IMG/VR virus record: IMGVR_UViG_3300038682_000122
Strand: one strand, 5' to 3'
DNA from: a virus
DNA length: 38,578 nucleotides
Shown: in pieces, positions 20,640 through 30,231 of the stretch
How the letters are laid out: each line of letters begins with the position of its first letter
How positions within the stretch are numbered: the stretch's first letter is position 1
Translations under genes and position numbers: made by a program
Notes under the pieces: generated by a model
Told to the model about the DNA's origin: nothing
The model's input: the letters and a program-made list of their open reading frames with translations, nothing else
Databases searched by the model: none

Positions 20640-22779
20640 CGAACTAAGCCGCCAGGGAAGCGAACTCCGCGAAATAGGCGGCAAGTGGATGGATAAAATC
20701 CGCGCGGCAGAAAAACGTGAGGAGCGCTGGCTTAAAGATGCGGCAGAAGCCGAGGCCACGTATTCAATGGACACGACTTCGGAGTATGGCAGCGCGCCGG
20801 AATTTAATATCCTGTTTTCGAATGTTGAAACGATTGTCCCCGCGATTTACAATTCTACGCCTGTGCCTGACATTCGATCACGGTATAACAGGCCAAAGCA
20901 ACAGCAGCCTATGCCCCCGCAAATGGGCGGCATGCCTCCGCAGATGCAACAGCCACAGATGCAACAGCCGCCACAAATGCAGCAGCCACAGCAAGAAGAA
21001 CAACCAGACGCCGCGCGACAAGTCGCACAGATGCTTGAGCAGGTTATTGGCATACAGTTGGATGACAACGCGCTGGACGTTGAAATAGAGGCATCATCTC
21101 AAGACGCTTTCATGGCTGGCCGTGGCATTGTTCGCATTAAGTTTGATGCTGATGAGGTCAAGGAAACAGCACAAGAAATATCTTTTAACGAGGAAACAGG
21201 CGAACAGATAATTGAGGAGGTCGAATACACCACGGTTACAAATGAGCGCGTTAAGTATGAAGCGGTCCCGTGGCGTGATTATCGTGAGGGGCCAGCGTCA
21301 AGATTCGAAGATGTCCCCTGGGCCGCGTTTCGGCATTACATATCGGATGAGACGCTAGAGGAAATGGATGGCGATATGATTGCCAGCCAAACGCTAGACG
21401 AATTACCGACCGACCAGAAAGAAGATACCGACACCGAGATTTGGGAAGTGTGGTGTAAGCTAACCAAAAAGGTTTATTTTATTCGCGCAAATGATGGCGT
21501 TGTTCTAAAGCAGTCAGATGATCCGCTTTCATTGTCCGGGTTTTTCCCCCACGCCAAACCTGTGCAGCCTATTGGTGTTACGGGCAAGCGGTTGCCAGTT
21601 AACCCCTACGTCATTTACCGCAAGCAGGCAGAAGAACTTGACAGCATAACCAAGCGCATCAGGGCGATTACATCGGGCCTTAAGGTGCGCGGCGCTGTTG
21701 TTGGGGACGCGGAAAGCATCGCCAAGGTTTCAGAAGCTGGCGATAACGAGCTTATTCCAATCGCCAATGTTGAGGGCTTGGCCCAGACAGGCGGGCTTGA
21801 CAAGGCGATAATCTGGTGGCCGGTCGACAAGGCCATTCAGGTTTTGCGTGAACTTTATATCAACCGCGACCAAATCAAGCAGTTGATTTATGAAATCACG
21901 GGTATTTCGGATATTGTGCGCGGGGCCAGTCAAACGGCTGAAACAGCCACGGCGCAGCAGATCAAAACCCAATGGGGTTCTTTGCGCATCAAAAAGATGC
22001 AGCGCATGGTGGAGCGGCAGGTCCGTGATTTGTTTGTTCTGACTGCGGAGGCAATCAGCAACAATTTCACCATTGAGACGCTGGAAGAAATCACCGGCGA
22101 TGTGATAGCGCCTGAAATGGAAGAAATCCTTCAAGGCGGATTGCAGCAATATCTGATTGACGTTGAGAGCGATTCAACTGTGCGGGCTGACCTAACGCGG
22201 GCCAAGGGCGAAATGTCGGAGTTTCTTAACGGCACGGCGCAATTCTTTAGCACGATGGACCCGGTTGTTCAGCAGTCTCCGAAAATGGCTGGGCCTGTTG
22301 TTGACCTGTATTCTAGTTTTGCACGCCAGTTTAACCTAGGCAAGCAGGCAGAAGACGCCATCGAGCAAATGGGCGTTGTGGCACAACAGGCGGCAACCAA
22401 CCCGCCACCTAATCCAGCGGCTGAAGCGCAAAAGGCGCAAATGGAGTTTGAACAACAAAAAGCGCAGGCTGAAACACAGGCCAAACAGGCTGAAATGCAA
22501 ATCAAGGCGCAGGCGGAAATGGCCAAGGCAAAAACCGAGCAAGCCAAACTGCAACTTGAGCAGCAGAAATTGCAGGCCGATGTGGCGCTTAAGCGTGAGC
22601 AGTTGGCGGTTACGCAGCAAGGCAAGGCGGCCGATCTGGAGATCAAGCAAGCGGAATTGCAGCTTAAGGGAATTGATAGGCAGATTGCAGAGGCGCGGCT
22701 TAATTTTGAAAAAGCCAAGGCCGTTGCCGAAATCGAAATAGAGCGCGAGCAAGAGCGCGCCGCAAAGGTTGGTGATTAA
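20632..22779 (+). CDS. Portal protein with a P/Q/M-rich insert and a long C-terminal coiled coil
   Basis: 715 aa, directly after TerL. The C-terminal ~125 aa are an A/Q/K/E heptad-like helix, comparable to the P22 portal barrel. Confidence 0.75.
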   Translation: MSDELSRQGSELREIGGKWMDKIRAAEKREERWLKDAAEAEATYSMDTTSEYGSAPEFNILFSNVETIVPAIYNSTPVPDIRSRYNRPKQQQPMPPQMGGMPPQMQQPQMQQPPQMQQPQQEEQPDAARQVAQMLEQVIGIQLDDNALDVEIEASSQDAFMAGRGIVRIKFDADEVKETAQEISFNEETGEQIIEEVEYTTVTNERVKYEAVPWRDYREGPASRFEDVPWAAFRHYISDETLEEMDGDMIASQTLDELPTDQKEDTDTEIWEVWCKLTKKVYFIRANDGVVLKQSDDPLSLSGFFPHAKPVQPIGVTGKRLPVNPYVIYRKQAEELDSITKRIRAITSGLKVRGAVVGDAESIAKVSEAGDNELIPIANVEGLAQTGGLDKAIIWWPVDKAIQVLRELYINRDQIKQLIYEITGISDIVRGASQTAETATAQQIKTQWGSLRIKKMQRMVERQVRDLFVLTAEAISNNFTIETLEEITGDVIAPEMEEILQGGLQQYLIDVESDSTVRADLTRAKGEMSEFLNGTAQFFSTMDPVVQQSPKMAGPVVDLYSSFARQFNLGKQAEDAIEQMGVVAQQAATNPPPNPAAEAQKAQMEFEQQKAQAETQAKQAEMQIKAQAEMAKAKTEQAKLQLEQQKLQADVALKREQLAVTQQGKAADLEIKQAELQLKGIDRQIAEARLNFEKAKAVAEIEIEREQERAAKVGD
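20941..20970 (+). repeat. 15-nt tandem repeat CAGATGCAACAGCC[A/G] x2 inside the portal low-complexity insert
   Basis: Read directly. Degenerate copies flank it across 20899-21006. Confidence 0.7.
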
Positions 22780-23936
22780 TGGGGAGCCTAGCAGACGAAC
22801 TTGCGGCGCAGGCAGAGGAAAAACAATATTACCAAAGCCAACGGCCAACGCTCGCAAATTGGCTTTCTCAGATAATGGGACCGCCAAGCACAAGCGATGT
22901 TTTGCCAGTCACTCGTGACCCTGACTTTGAAAAGCTAGTGACCACCACGGACGCACAGGGCAGGGCATCGCACAACCGCGTGCCAACGCAAGGCGGGCTT
23001 TCATTCGCTTGGCCTAATATGGCGCGTGAAATGGTGAATAATGGGGCTGGATTGGTGGATATGCCACGGGCAGCGCTTGCTGGCGAGATTGACCCTGAAT
23101 CGCAAAACTCCATTGATCGGATTGTTGCGGGTTTGGTTGATACACAGGGCGCAGCGGCAATGTTTGGCAAGTATGACCCTAGCATGGTGCGTATGGCGGC
23201 AGGGTCGGCTGATAATCTAAGCCCCGCACAGCAACAGGCGGATGATATTCTAAGGATGCTCAAGGCGGGCCGTGGCTCTGAAGTAACTGATGACATGTTG
23301 GCCGCTGCTGATGATGCTTATTTATTTAACAACTATGATTTACCTATGGACGAAGCTTCGCGCATGGCGAGAGCGCAGGAAATGGGGTTCGATTATGTAA
23401 GACGGTCTCAATCGCAATCTAGTCCATTTAACGATACAGATTATGCTATGTTTGTGGAAAGTGGCGGAGACGCTATGGGAAAGTTAGATGATATTGAAAG
23501 TTATGGGCCTGCCATGTGGATGGGTAGGCCTGATTCAGATGTTACGGATTTTCAAAAAGATATTGTAAGGTCAATACGCAGCCGCGACCTGCAAGAAGAA
23601 TATAACGTGACTGCATCATCGCTAGCGCGCGAAGCTAACCCGGATGATATTGTTGACAGTGCTGGAATGTGGGATGATCCGGAATTGGCAGGGCCGGTGA
23701 TTGATGATTTGGATCGTATGGGCATTGGCGGGTTGGCCACCACGGACGGTTTAATAGCGTGGAGACCAGAAAACATCCGCAGCAAATTTGCCCGCTTTGA
23801 TCCACGCCTATCACATTCTGCGAATCTATCGGCAATTACAGGCTCACCATTAGCAGCAATGGGGTTGAACCTGCCCTACACGCAAGAGCAAGACGACCAA
23901 AGCCTTGCGGCGTATCTGCGGAGGGTTCAGCAGTAA
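22779..23936 (+). CDS. Hypothetical virion-module protein
   Basis: 385-aa acidic ORF whose start overlaps the portal stop. Confidence 0.55.
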   Translation: MGSLADELAAQAEEKQYYQSQRPTLANWLSQIMGPPSTSDVLPVTRDPDFEKLVTTTDAQGRASHNRVPTQGGLSFAWPNMAREMVNNGAGLVDMPRAALAGEIDPESQNSIDRIVAGLVDTQGAAAMFGKYDPSMVRMAAGSADNLSPAQQQADDILRMLKAGRGSEVTDDMLAAADDAYLFNNYDLPMDEASRMARAQEMGFDYVRRSQSQSSPFNDTDYAMFVESGGDAMGKLDDIESYGPAMWMGRPDSDVTDFQKDIVRSIRSRDLQEEYNVTASSLAREANPDDIVDSAGMWDDPELAGPVIDDLDRMGIGGLATTDGLIAWRPENIRSKFARFDPRLSHSANLSAITGSPLAAMGLNLPYTQEQDDQSLAAYLRRVQQ

Positions 23937-24268
23937 TGACAACGCGGGTTTACAAAGGCGACAAGATTTTTGACAAAGAAACGGGTGAGGAATTATCGCC
24001 GCTTAAAGGTCCTGTTTCTATGCCGCAAATCATGGGTTTTAAGGAATACGCCTGCCCAATTACAGGCAAGCCCATTTCCACGCTTGAGCAACACAAAGCC
24101 AATCTAAAAAAGCATAACTGTGTAGAGGCGTTGGAGGTTAACCCGAAAGGGGCGACCGGTGGTGAGATACGCAACGAAAAGTTTGCCAAAAAGCACGGCT
24201 TGGAAGTTTCCGAGCGATATAAAGATGAACCATTTGTCAGACCTGAAAGGACAACCAATGCAGATTGA
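23936..24268 (+). CDS. Hypothetical protein
   Basis: 110-aa ORF, coupled to the upstream gene. Confidence 0.5.
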   Translation: MTTRVYKGDKIFDKETGEELSPLKGPVSMPQIMGFKEYACPITGKPISTLEQHKANLKKHNCVEALEVNPKGATGGEIRNEKFAKKHGLEVSERYKDEPFVRPERTTNAD

Positions 24269-25340
24269 CGAAACCGTGGAGGCAGTAGCCGAAACGCCGG
24301 AAGTTGACGAAGATTCTCAGCTAGGCGATATTTATGATAAGCTAAACGCTGAGCCATTGGAGCGTGAACGCGACGAAACCGGGCGCTTTGTGTCGAAAAA
24401 CCAAGAGGAGCCTGCTGTTGAGCCAGAGCCAGAAACTGCCGAAGCTGAAGCGCAGGAATCCGATGTGGAGGAAGTGGCCGAGGAGGAACCTGAAGAAAGT
24501 GCTGTTGAGAATACAGAAGCACCGTCCTACCTGCCCCAAGAGATAAAGGCCAAGTGGAAAGATATCCCAGCGGAGGCGCAATCGTCTATTTCAAAGCTGG
24601 TTCAGGACCAGAACGTCAAAAACGCCAACTTGGGGCGGCAGGTGGCGGCATTTCAGCCTATCGCAGAATCAGTTACACGGGCGGCGCAGCAATTCCCGGA
24701 CTTGAACATGACGCCGCAACAATTGGCATCTGAAGTCGTGGAACTCGCCCACACGCGGGCTAACTTGCAGCGCGATCCTTTGGGGACCATTTTGATGGTT
24801 GCGCAGCAGACAGGGCAGTTAGAGGCGCTGGCGGCAAAGTTAGGCGGCAAGCAGGTCAGTGGGTATCAGGGACAGCCGCAACAGAACATTGAAACGATTA
24901 AAACACAGCAAGAAATCGCCCAAATGCGACAACAGTTGCAACAGGCAAACAATCCTGCTAATGTGCAGGAGATTGTGACGCAGGCGCTTGCAGATCAGGC
25001 TTTGCAAAATGAAGTGCGGAGTTTTGGGGCAAGTAGGGAGCATTGGGGTTCTGTCGAGGCAGATATTCCGGTTTACATCCCAGCAGCGCAATACAACCTT
25101 GGCGAAGGGGCCTCCAACACGGATATCCTTGACGCCGCTTATAATATGGCTATCACCGCCAAAGGACTAAAGGCTACGACTCCAAACCCTACGACACAGG
25201 CAGCGGAATCATCTCCTAAACGGACGAAAGCAGCGATAAAAGCTAAATCTGTTAATGTATCATCCCGGACGGGAACCCCTAAGCCAATATCGGAAATGGA
25301 CGCTTTGGGTTCCGCATACGACCGGTTGATGTCAAATTAG
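24258..25340 (+). CDS. Putative scaffolding protein
   Basis: Trimmed to the ATG at 24258 (GAAAGGA ribosome-binding site). Acidic N-terminus and Q-rich helical body. It lies immediately upstream of the major capsid gene. Confidence 0.5.
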   Translation: MQIDETVEAVAETPEVDEDSQLGDIYDKLNAEPLERERDETGRFVSKNQEEPAVEPEPETAEAEAQESDVEEVAEEEPEESAVENTEAPSYLPQEIKAKWKDIPAEAQSSISKLVQDQNVKNANLGRQVAAFQPIAESVTRAAQQFPDLNMTPQQLASEVVELAHTRANLQRDPLGTILMVAQQTGQLEALAAKLGGKQVSGYQGQPQQNIETIKTQQEIAQMRQQLQQANNPANVQEIVTQALADQALQNEVRSFGASREHWGSVEADIPVYIPAAQYNLGEGASNTDILDAAYNMAITAKGLKATTPNPTTQAAESSPKRTKAAIKAKSVNVSSRTGTPKPISEMDALGSAYDRLMSN

Positions 25341-25351
25341 GAGCATAAAAG

Positions 25352-26320
25352 ATGGCAACTCCATCGAGCGTGTTCACTGAAATGGTAACCACCACAGATC
25401 GAAACTGGGGAAAGAAGGTTACTGATAACGTGAGCGAACACAACGCCCTTATTAATCGCATGAAGAAAAAGGGCAATATTAAGACGGTATCCGGCGGCTA
25501 CGAAATCGCCGAGCCAATCGAATACGCAGAGAACGGCACGTATCAGCGTTACAGCGGGTATGAGCAGTTGAACACTGAAGCGTCTGACGTTTTGACCTCG
25601 GTCAAATACGAATGGCAGCAGGTGGCCCTGCATGTTACCTCGTCCGGGCGTGAAGTCCGTATGAATATGGGCAATAAAGAGCGCATGATTAACCTTGTGA
25701 AGACGCGTAAAGACAACGCGCTCCGCACGGCGGCTAATCAGTTCTCGATCGACCTTTATTCAGATGGCGCATTGACCAACCAAATTGGTGGCCTTGCACA
25801 CGTCATTCAATCGGATGGCAACGGCACTGTGGGCGGCATCAACGCCGCAACCTTTACCTTCTGGGCTAACCAATATCGTGAAATGACTGGCACGGACGCT
25901 TATACGTCCAGCACGTTGAAGAACGAAATGGGCAAACTTTGGCTACCGCTTAATCGCGGCGCTGATAAGCCTGACCTTATCGTTAGTTCGCATGACCTTT
26001 ATTCTGTCTTTGAGGCAGGCATCGAGGACCGCGCGCGCTATACCGACAAGGATTCCGCTGGCGAGGGCTTTACTTCGCTGAAATACAAATCCGCCGATGT
26101 TATCTTTGATGATAACACCAACTTCACCACAACCGCTGAAAAGATGTATTTCTTGAATACTGATTATTTGCGCCTTGTTCAGCACAAGGAAGCGCAGTGG
26201 ACGCCGGATGAAGAAAAACGGCCAACCAATCAGGATGCAATCGTGGTTCCTATCTACTGGATGGGTAATCTTGTTTGCACGCAGCGCTCCTTGCAGGGCG
26301 TTCTGATCGACGCAGCATAA
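25352..26320 (+). CDS. Major capsid protein
   Basis: 322 aa, positioned between the scaffold and decoration-like genes, with a strong terminator after that pair. No motif proof. Confidence 0.65.
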   Translation: MATPSSVFTEMVTTTDRNWGKKVTDNVSEHNALINRMKKKGNIKTVSGGYEIAEPIEYAENGTYQRYSGYEQLNTEASDVLTSVKYEWQQVALHVTSSGREVRMNMGNKERMINLVKTRKDNALRTAANQFSIDLYSDGALTNQIGGLAHVIQSDGNGTVGGINAATFTFWANQYREMTGTDAYTSSTLKNEMGKLWLPLNRGADKPDLIVSSHDLYSVFEAGIEDRARYTDKDSAGEGFTSLKYKSADVIFDDNTNFTTTAEKMYFLNTDYLRLVQHKEAQWTPDEEKRPTNQDAIVVPIYWMGNLVCTQRSLQGVLIDAA

Positions 26321-26331
26321 GGAGATTTGAT

Positions 26332-26796
26332 ATGATTGGACTCGGTGCAAAACTGGATGCTGTTTATACTTCGCTTGATGAGGGCAACACGCCCGCACTA
26401 GGTGACGTTGTAACGTTGAATGGGAATAAATCCTATAAATTCATCCAATACAAAGAAGCTACAGCGGCAACCGCTGGTGTGGCTGGTGAGGTTGCGTATT
26501 ATTACACGCTTGATGGCTACAAAAACAATCAAGTCACTTCGGACCTTTCCGACAGTGTCGAGATTGGCGCAGGCGTCTTGCAAGTTGATATGAGCGACGG
26601 TGAATACGGTTGGGTGCAAATCTCTGGTGCGGCAACGCTGACCATTGCTTTGACAGCGGGTGCTGATGGCGACCCTCTCACCCCAACAGGCTCGGCCGAT
26701 GGGACGCTAGACGTTTCTGCGGCTGTGACAGACAATGTGTGCGCGATTGCTGGCGATATTTCCGACAAGGAAATTATCTGCTGCTTCCCACAATAA
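26332..26796 (+). CDS. Putative head decoration / DUF2190-like protein
   Basis: The ATG at 26332 follows AAGGAGA. Gly/Ala/Val-rich beta protein directly after the capsid gene. Confidence 0.4.
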   Translation: MIGLGAKLDAVYTSLDEGNTPALGDVVTLNGNKSYKFIQYKEATAATAGVAGEVAYYYTLDGYKNNQVTSDLSDSVEIGAGVLQVDMSDGEYGWVQISGAATLTIALTAGADGDPLTPTGSADGTLDVSAAVTDNVCAIAGDISDKEIICCFPQ

Positions 26797-26803
26797 AACA
26801 ATT

Positions 26804-26830
26804 AGCGGGGCTGTAATGGCCCCGCTTTTA
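26804..26830 (+). terminator. Rho-independent terminator after the capsid genes
   Basis: AGCGGGGC (26804-26811) pairs with GCCCCGCT (26819-26826) around the 7-nt loop TGTAATG, followed by TTTTA. Confidence 0.8.
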
Positions 26831-26854
26831 CCTTAAACTAAAAGAGGCTCCACA

Positions 26855-27439
26855 ATGGACATCCGCGTTTTAGAATTTAAAACCAAATACACAAACGGTA
26901 AAGAACACGATTGGGTTCTTTACGCCCCCGCCAGCAATATCAAAGATGCACAAACTTGGGAACGTGTGGACCGGCTAAAGCCGCTTGATGACGATGACGA
27001 CAAGCACAAGCGCGACCCTATGGGAACCAAGAAAATGCACATGAAAGCGGTTTGGTCATTTATTGAGCCTGCCTATAAAGCGTGGAAAAGCGGAAACGAA
27101 TTGCCTGAAACCGGCACGCCTCTGGTGGCTTGGGGTGCGGTTAATGCCGCGCAGGTTTCCGAGTTTAAAAAAGCTGGCATTAAGACGGTCGAGGATGTTG
27201 CTGGAATTACAGACGGGGCGATTCAAAAAATCAATTTGCCGCAGGTGGCGCGGTTGCGTGGCCTAGCCGCTGATTACCTAGCTAGTGCCGACAGCGTTGG
27301 GCTTGCGCAAGAAGTGGCCGACACCAAAGAACAACTTGCCGCTGCTATGGACCTTATGGAACAAATGAAAGCAGAAATGAACAAGCCTAAACGAACCCGC
27401 CGGACCAAAGCCGAAATGCAATCCGAGGAAGCGGCCTAA
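26855..27439 (+). CDS. Hypothetical virion-module protein
   Basis: 194-aa ORF with an AAGAGG ribosome-binding site. First gene after the terminator. Confidence 0.5.
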   Translation: MDIRVLEFKTKYTNGKEHDWVLYAPASNIKDAQTWERVDRLKPLDDDDDKHKRDPMGTKKMHMKAVWSFIEPAYKAWKSGNELPETGTPLVAWGAVNAAQVSEFKKAGIKTVEDVAGITDGAIQKINLPQVARLRGLAADYLASADSVGLAQEVADTKEQLAAAMDLMEQMKAEMNKPKRTRRTKAEMQSEEAA

Positions 27440-28164
27440 TGACTAAAATCACCGAAATACTTGACCGTGCTGCGCGACAGTGCTCGGTGACAATTCCAGA
27501 TTCTTGGGTGACAGCAACAAGCCTAACCGCAGTTGAATTACGGGATGATTTCTTGCTGGAAACCGTTGACGAACTTCACAAGCGCGTTGACTGGGCTTCG
27601 CCTATTTCCAAGCAAACCGTTATAACGGGTGATGGCAGCGAGGATTATTCGCTGCCCACCAACTTTATTCGATTGGCCGATGACAAGTTAGCTGTTTATG
27701 AAACAAGCAGCACACGCCGCGCCGGGATACCTATTACGACAGACGGCGAATGGACGCACTTGAAAGAAATAGGCACGGCTGGCGGAGCGCGATATTTTCG
27801 CGTTCAGGGCTATGAAGGTAATCACACGATTGGCTTTTACCGCGAACCGGCGGTTGGTGATAGCATCACAGTCAGTTATATGTCTAATGTGTGGATGGCA
27901 AATAGCGGTGGAACCGAGGGCAATATGCTAACCGACCCCGATGACGTGGCCTTGTTTCCGCGCAGGATTCTTGAACTTGGTATTGTTTGGCGGTTTAGAA
28001 AACGCAAGGGGCTTCCGTATCAAGATATTCTTGCCGAATACGAGGCATGGATTGCAACAAATGCGAACAGAAACCGGCGCAGGCTTTCAATCGGCTTTGG
28101 TGATGTTAGCCCAGATAGGCACCCTATGCGACAACCAGTTCCTGATTTCATCCCGTCCAGTTAA
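27439..28164 (+). CDS. Putative tail adaptor / tubular protein A-like
   Basis: 241 aa. The call rests on position in a T7-like gene order only. TAATG coupling. Confidence 0.35.
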   Translation: MTKITEILDRAARQCSVTIPDSWVTATSLTAVELRDDFLLETVDELHKRVDWASPISKQTVITGDGSEDYSLPTNFIRLADDKLAVYETSSTRRAGIPITTDGEWTHLKEIGTAGGARYFRVQGYEGNHTIGFYREPAVGDSITVSYMSNVWMANSGGTEGNMLTDPDDVALFPRRILELGIVWRFRKRKGLPYQDILAEYEAWIATNANRNRRRLSIGFGDVSPDRHPMRQPVPDFIPSS

Positions 28165-28173
28165 GGACTTATT

Positions 28174-29727
28174 ATGCTTTTTGACCGCTTTAATGCCCCC
28201 GCGCTGAAATCAAAAACAAAGACTTTCCCAGCGCCTAAACGCGGCTGGATAAAGAACGAAACCCTGATTCAAGCCATGCCAGACGGGGCTGAAGCGCTGG
28301 ACAATTTCTTTCCAACGGCGCAGGGTGCAAGACTTCGCAAAGGTAATTCGTTGCATGCAACCATAGGCGATGCTGTCAAGCAGTTGATGACGTGGAAGTC
28401 AGGCGGGACGGAGATATTACTAGCGGCATCGGCCACAGCCATTTACGACATTACAACGCCAGCGGACCCTGCCGTATCGCCCACAGCAAGCGTCACAGGC
28501 CTAACGAATGGCGATTGGTCCTATACGCAGTTTGCCAATTCGGGCGGTGATTATCTAATGGCGGTTAATGGTGCGGACGCTTGCCAGACGTTTGACGGGA
28601 CCACGTGGACAACCCAAACCTTTACCGGCATTTCATCGGCGCTGTTGTCGCAAGTGTTCACGTTCAAATCACGGCTTTTCTTTATCGAGAAAGACACCCT
28701 TTCCTTTTGGTATTTTGCGGTAAATGCAATCGCCGGAACAATCACTGAATTTCCGCTAAAGGGCGTTTTTCACCTTGGCGGGTCTTTGCTATTCGGTGCC
28801 ACTTGGTCACTTGATTCCGGTTCCGGCCTTGACGATGTGGCCATATTTGTTACGACAGAAGGCGAAATAGCCGTTTACGTTGGTGATGATCCATCCAGCG
28901 CGTCCACCTGGGCCTTGAAGGGCGTTTATCGCATTGGCAGGCCGTTGAGCAAGAACGGCACGTTTAAGGCGGGTGGGGACTTGGCTATTCTAACCGAAGA
29001 CGGGATTATACCCGTTTCCGAGGCCTTGCAGAAGGACCGCGCCGCATTGCAGTCGGTCGCTATCACATACCCTATTGAAGACGCATGGCAGGCGGCGATT
29101 GCTAACCGTTCATCGGTCTATCCTTTCTCGGTAACTCTATGGCACACGCAAACCATGCTGATGATTGGCACGCCCTCAATAGACGGTTCAAACAAGGTGG
29201 CATTTGTTGCTAATTCCCGCACAGGCGCTTGGTGCCGATTTACAGGCTGGGACGTGCAATGCTCCGTCGTGTCAGACGACAATTTGTATTTTGGATCGGA
29301 AAGCGCGGAGATATTCCAAGCTGAAGTGACCGGGGCGGATAACGAGGTTGAATATTCCGGCATATGGGTGCCTAAGATGGCCGAAGGCAATATCTCGCAA
29401 AAGATGGCCGTGCACGCTAGGTTTAGGGGCAGGGCTTCGGAAACCTATTCACTTGGCCTTTCCGCGTTTAGCGATTACGAATTAGGCACCATTGATACGG
29501 TAGCGGCGGCAACTGAGGAATCGTCAAGTGTTTGGGGAACCGCTATTTGGGGGACCGCTATTTGGGGCGCAGGCGAAGATAAGACGTATATTTCGGATTG
29601 GCAGTCTGTATCATCCATCGGCACGGCTATTTCGCCAGCGGTTAAAATATCATCCAACCGTTTGACAGCACCTTCATTGGAATGCATCGCGCTTGATTTG
29701 GTTTTTCAGGAAGGCCAAATTCTTTGA
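28174..29727 (+). CDS. Putative tail tubular (nozzle) protein B-like
   Basis: 517-aa beta-rich protein. The call rests on position only. Confidence 0.35.
   Translation: MLFDRFNAPALKSKTKTFPAPKRGWIKNETLIQAMPDGAEALDNFFPTAQGARLRKGNSLHATIGDAVKQLMTWKSGGTEILLAASATAIYDITTPADPAVSPTASVTGLTNGDWSYTQFANSGGDYLMAVNGADACQTFDGTTWTTQTFTGISSALLSQVFTFKSRLFFIEKDTLSFWYFAVNAIAGTITEFPLKGVFHLGGSLLFGATWSLDSGSGLDDVAIFVTTEGEIAVYVGDDPSSASTWALKGVYRIGRPLSKNGTFKAGGDLAILTEDGIIPVSEALQKDRAALQSVAITYPIEDAWQAAIANRSSVYPFSVTLWHTQTMLMIGTPSIDGSNKVAFVANSRTGAWCRFTGWDVQCSVVSDDNLYFGSESAEIFQAEVTGADNEVEYSGIWVPKMAEGNISQKMAVHARFRGRASETYSLGLSAFSDYELGTIDTVAAATEESSSVWGTAIWGTAIWGAGEDKTYISDWQSVSSIGTAISPAVKISSNRLTAPSLECIALDLVFQEGQIL
29531..29568 (+). 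repeat. 15-nt tandem repeat, about 2.5 copies (TTTGGGGAACCGCTA / TTTGGGGGACCGCTA / TTTGGGGC)
   Basis: Encodes WGTAIWGTAIWG in 28174..29727. Confidence 0.75.
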
Positions 29728-30173
29728 GGTATGAATTTGCCCGCGACAACCTTCTTAATAAAAAACACGGGTTATGGCTGCAAAGGCAATTAGGCTTCAC
29801 TAGACCTTTTGAAAACTTTGTGACCCTTGGCGTGTATGACGGTGATTTGATCGCCGTTGTGCTTTACCACGATTGGAACCCGGATGCCGAAACCATTTGC
29901 ATGTCATCGGCGGCAACGTCAAAAAAATGGCTAACGGGCGAAACACTTTACAGGATGCACGCTTATTGCTTTGATTTTTGCCAATTGGCGGTTTTGCAAG
30001 TGTCGGAAAACAACGAAAACATGCTAGGAATTGCGGACCGTTTTGGATATGACCTGCACAAAATTCCACGGTTGCGCGGTAGGAATGAAGCCGAAATGAT
30101 ATGCACACTTACTAAAGAGGCATGGCAGGCCCAGCCGCTAACGCGCAGGCACTTGCGCCGAATGAATAAATAG
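29724..30173 (+). CDS. GNAT-like N-acetyltransferase
   Basis: The C-terminal half LAVLQVSENNENMLGIADRFGYDLHKIPRLRGRNEAEMICTLTKEAW resembles the GNAT beta-alpha-beta core. The start is a TTG that overlaps the upstream stop (TTGA). Confidence 0.45.
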   Translation: MRYEFARDNLLNKKHGLWLQRQLGFTRPFENFVTLGVYDGDLIAVVLYHDWNPDAETICMSSAATSKKWLTGETLYRMHAYCFDFCQLAVLQVSENNENMLGIADRFGYDLHKIPRLRGRNEAEMICTLTKEAWQAQPLTRRHLRRMNK

Positions 30174-30231
30174 GCTATGGTGTGGCAATCTTCTGCTGCC
30201 GCATGGATTTATCACAACGCAAGGTAAAGAC

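Noticed and set aside
22269-22893. Minus-strand ORFs of 149 and 185 aa, rich in Cys/Ala/Ser or Leu/Arg
   Set aside because: They are mirror images of the A/Q/K/E coiled-coil-coding region of the portal. Stop-free antisense frames are expected from that biased composition.
23950-24522. 190-aa minus-strand ORF
   Set aside because: It is antisense to tightly coupled plus-strand late genes. It has a Pro/Leu/Arg-rich implausible sequence and no ribosome-binding site.
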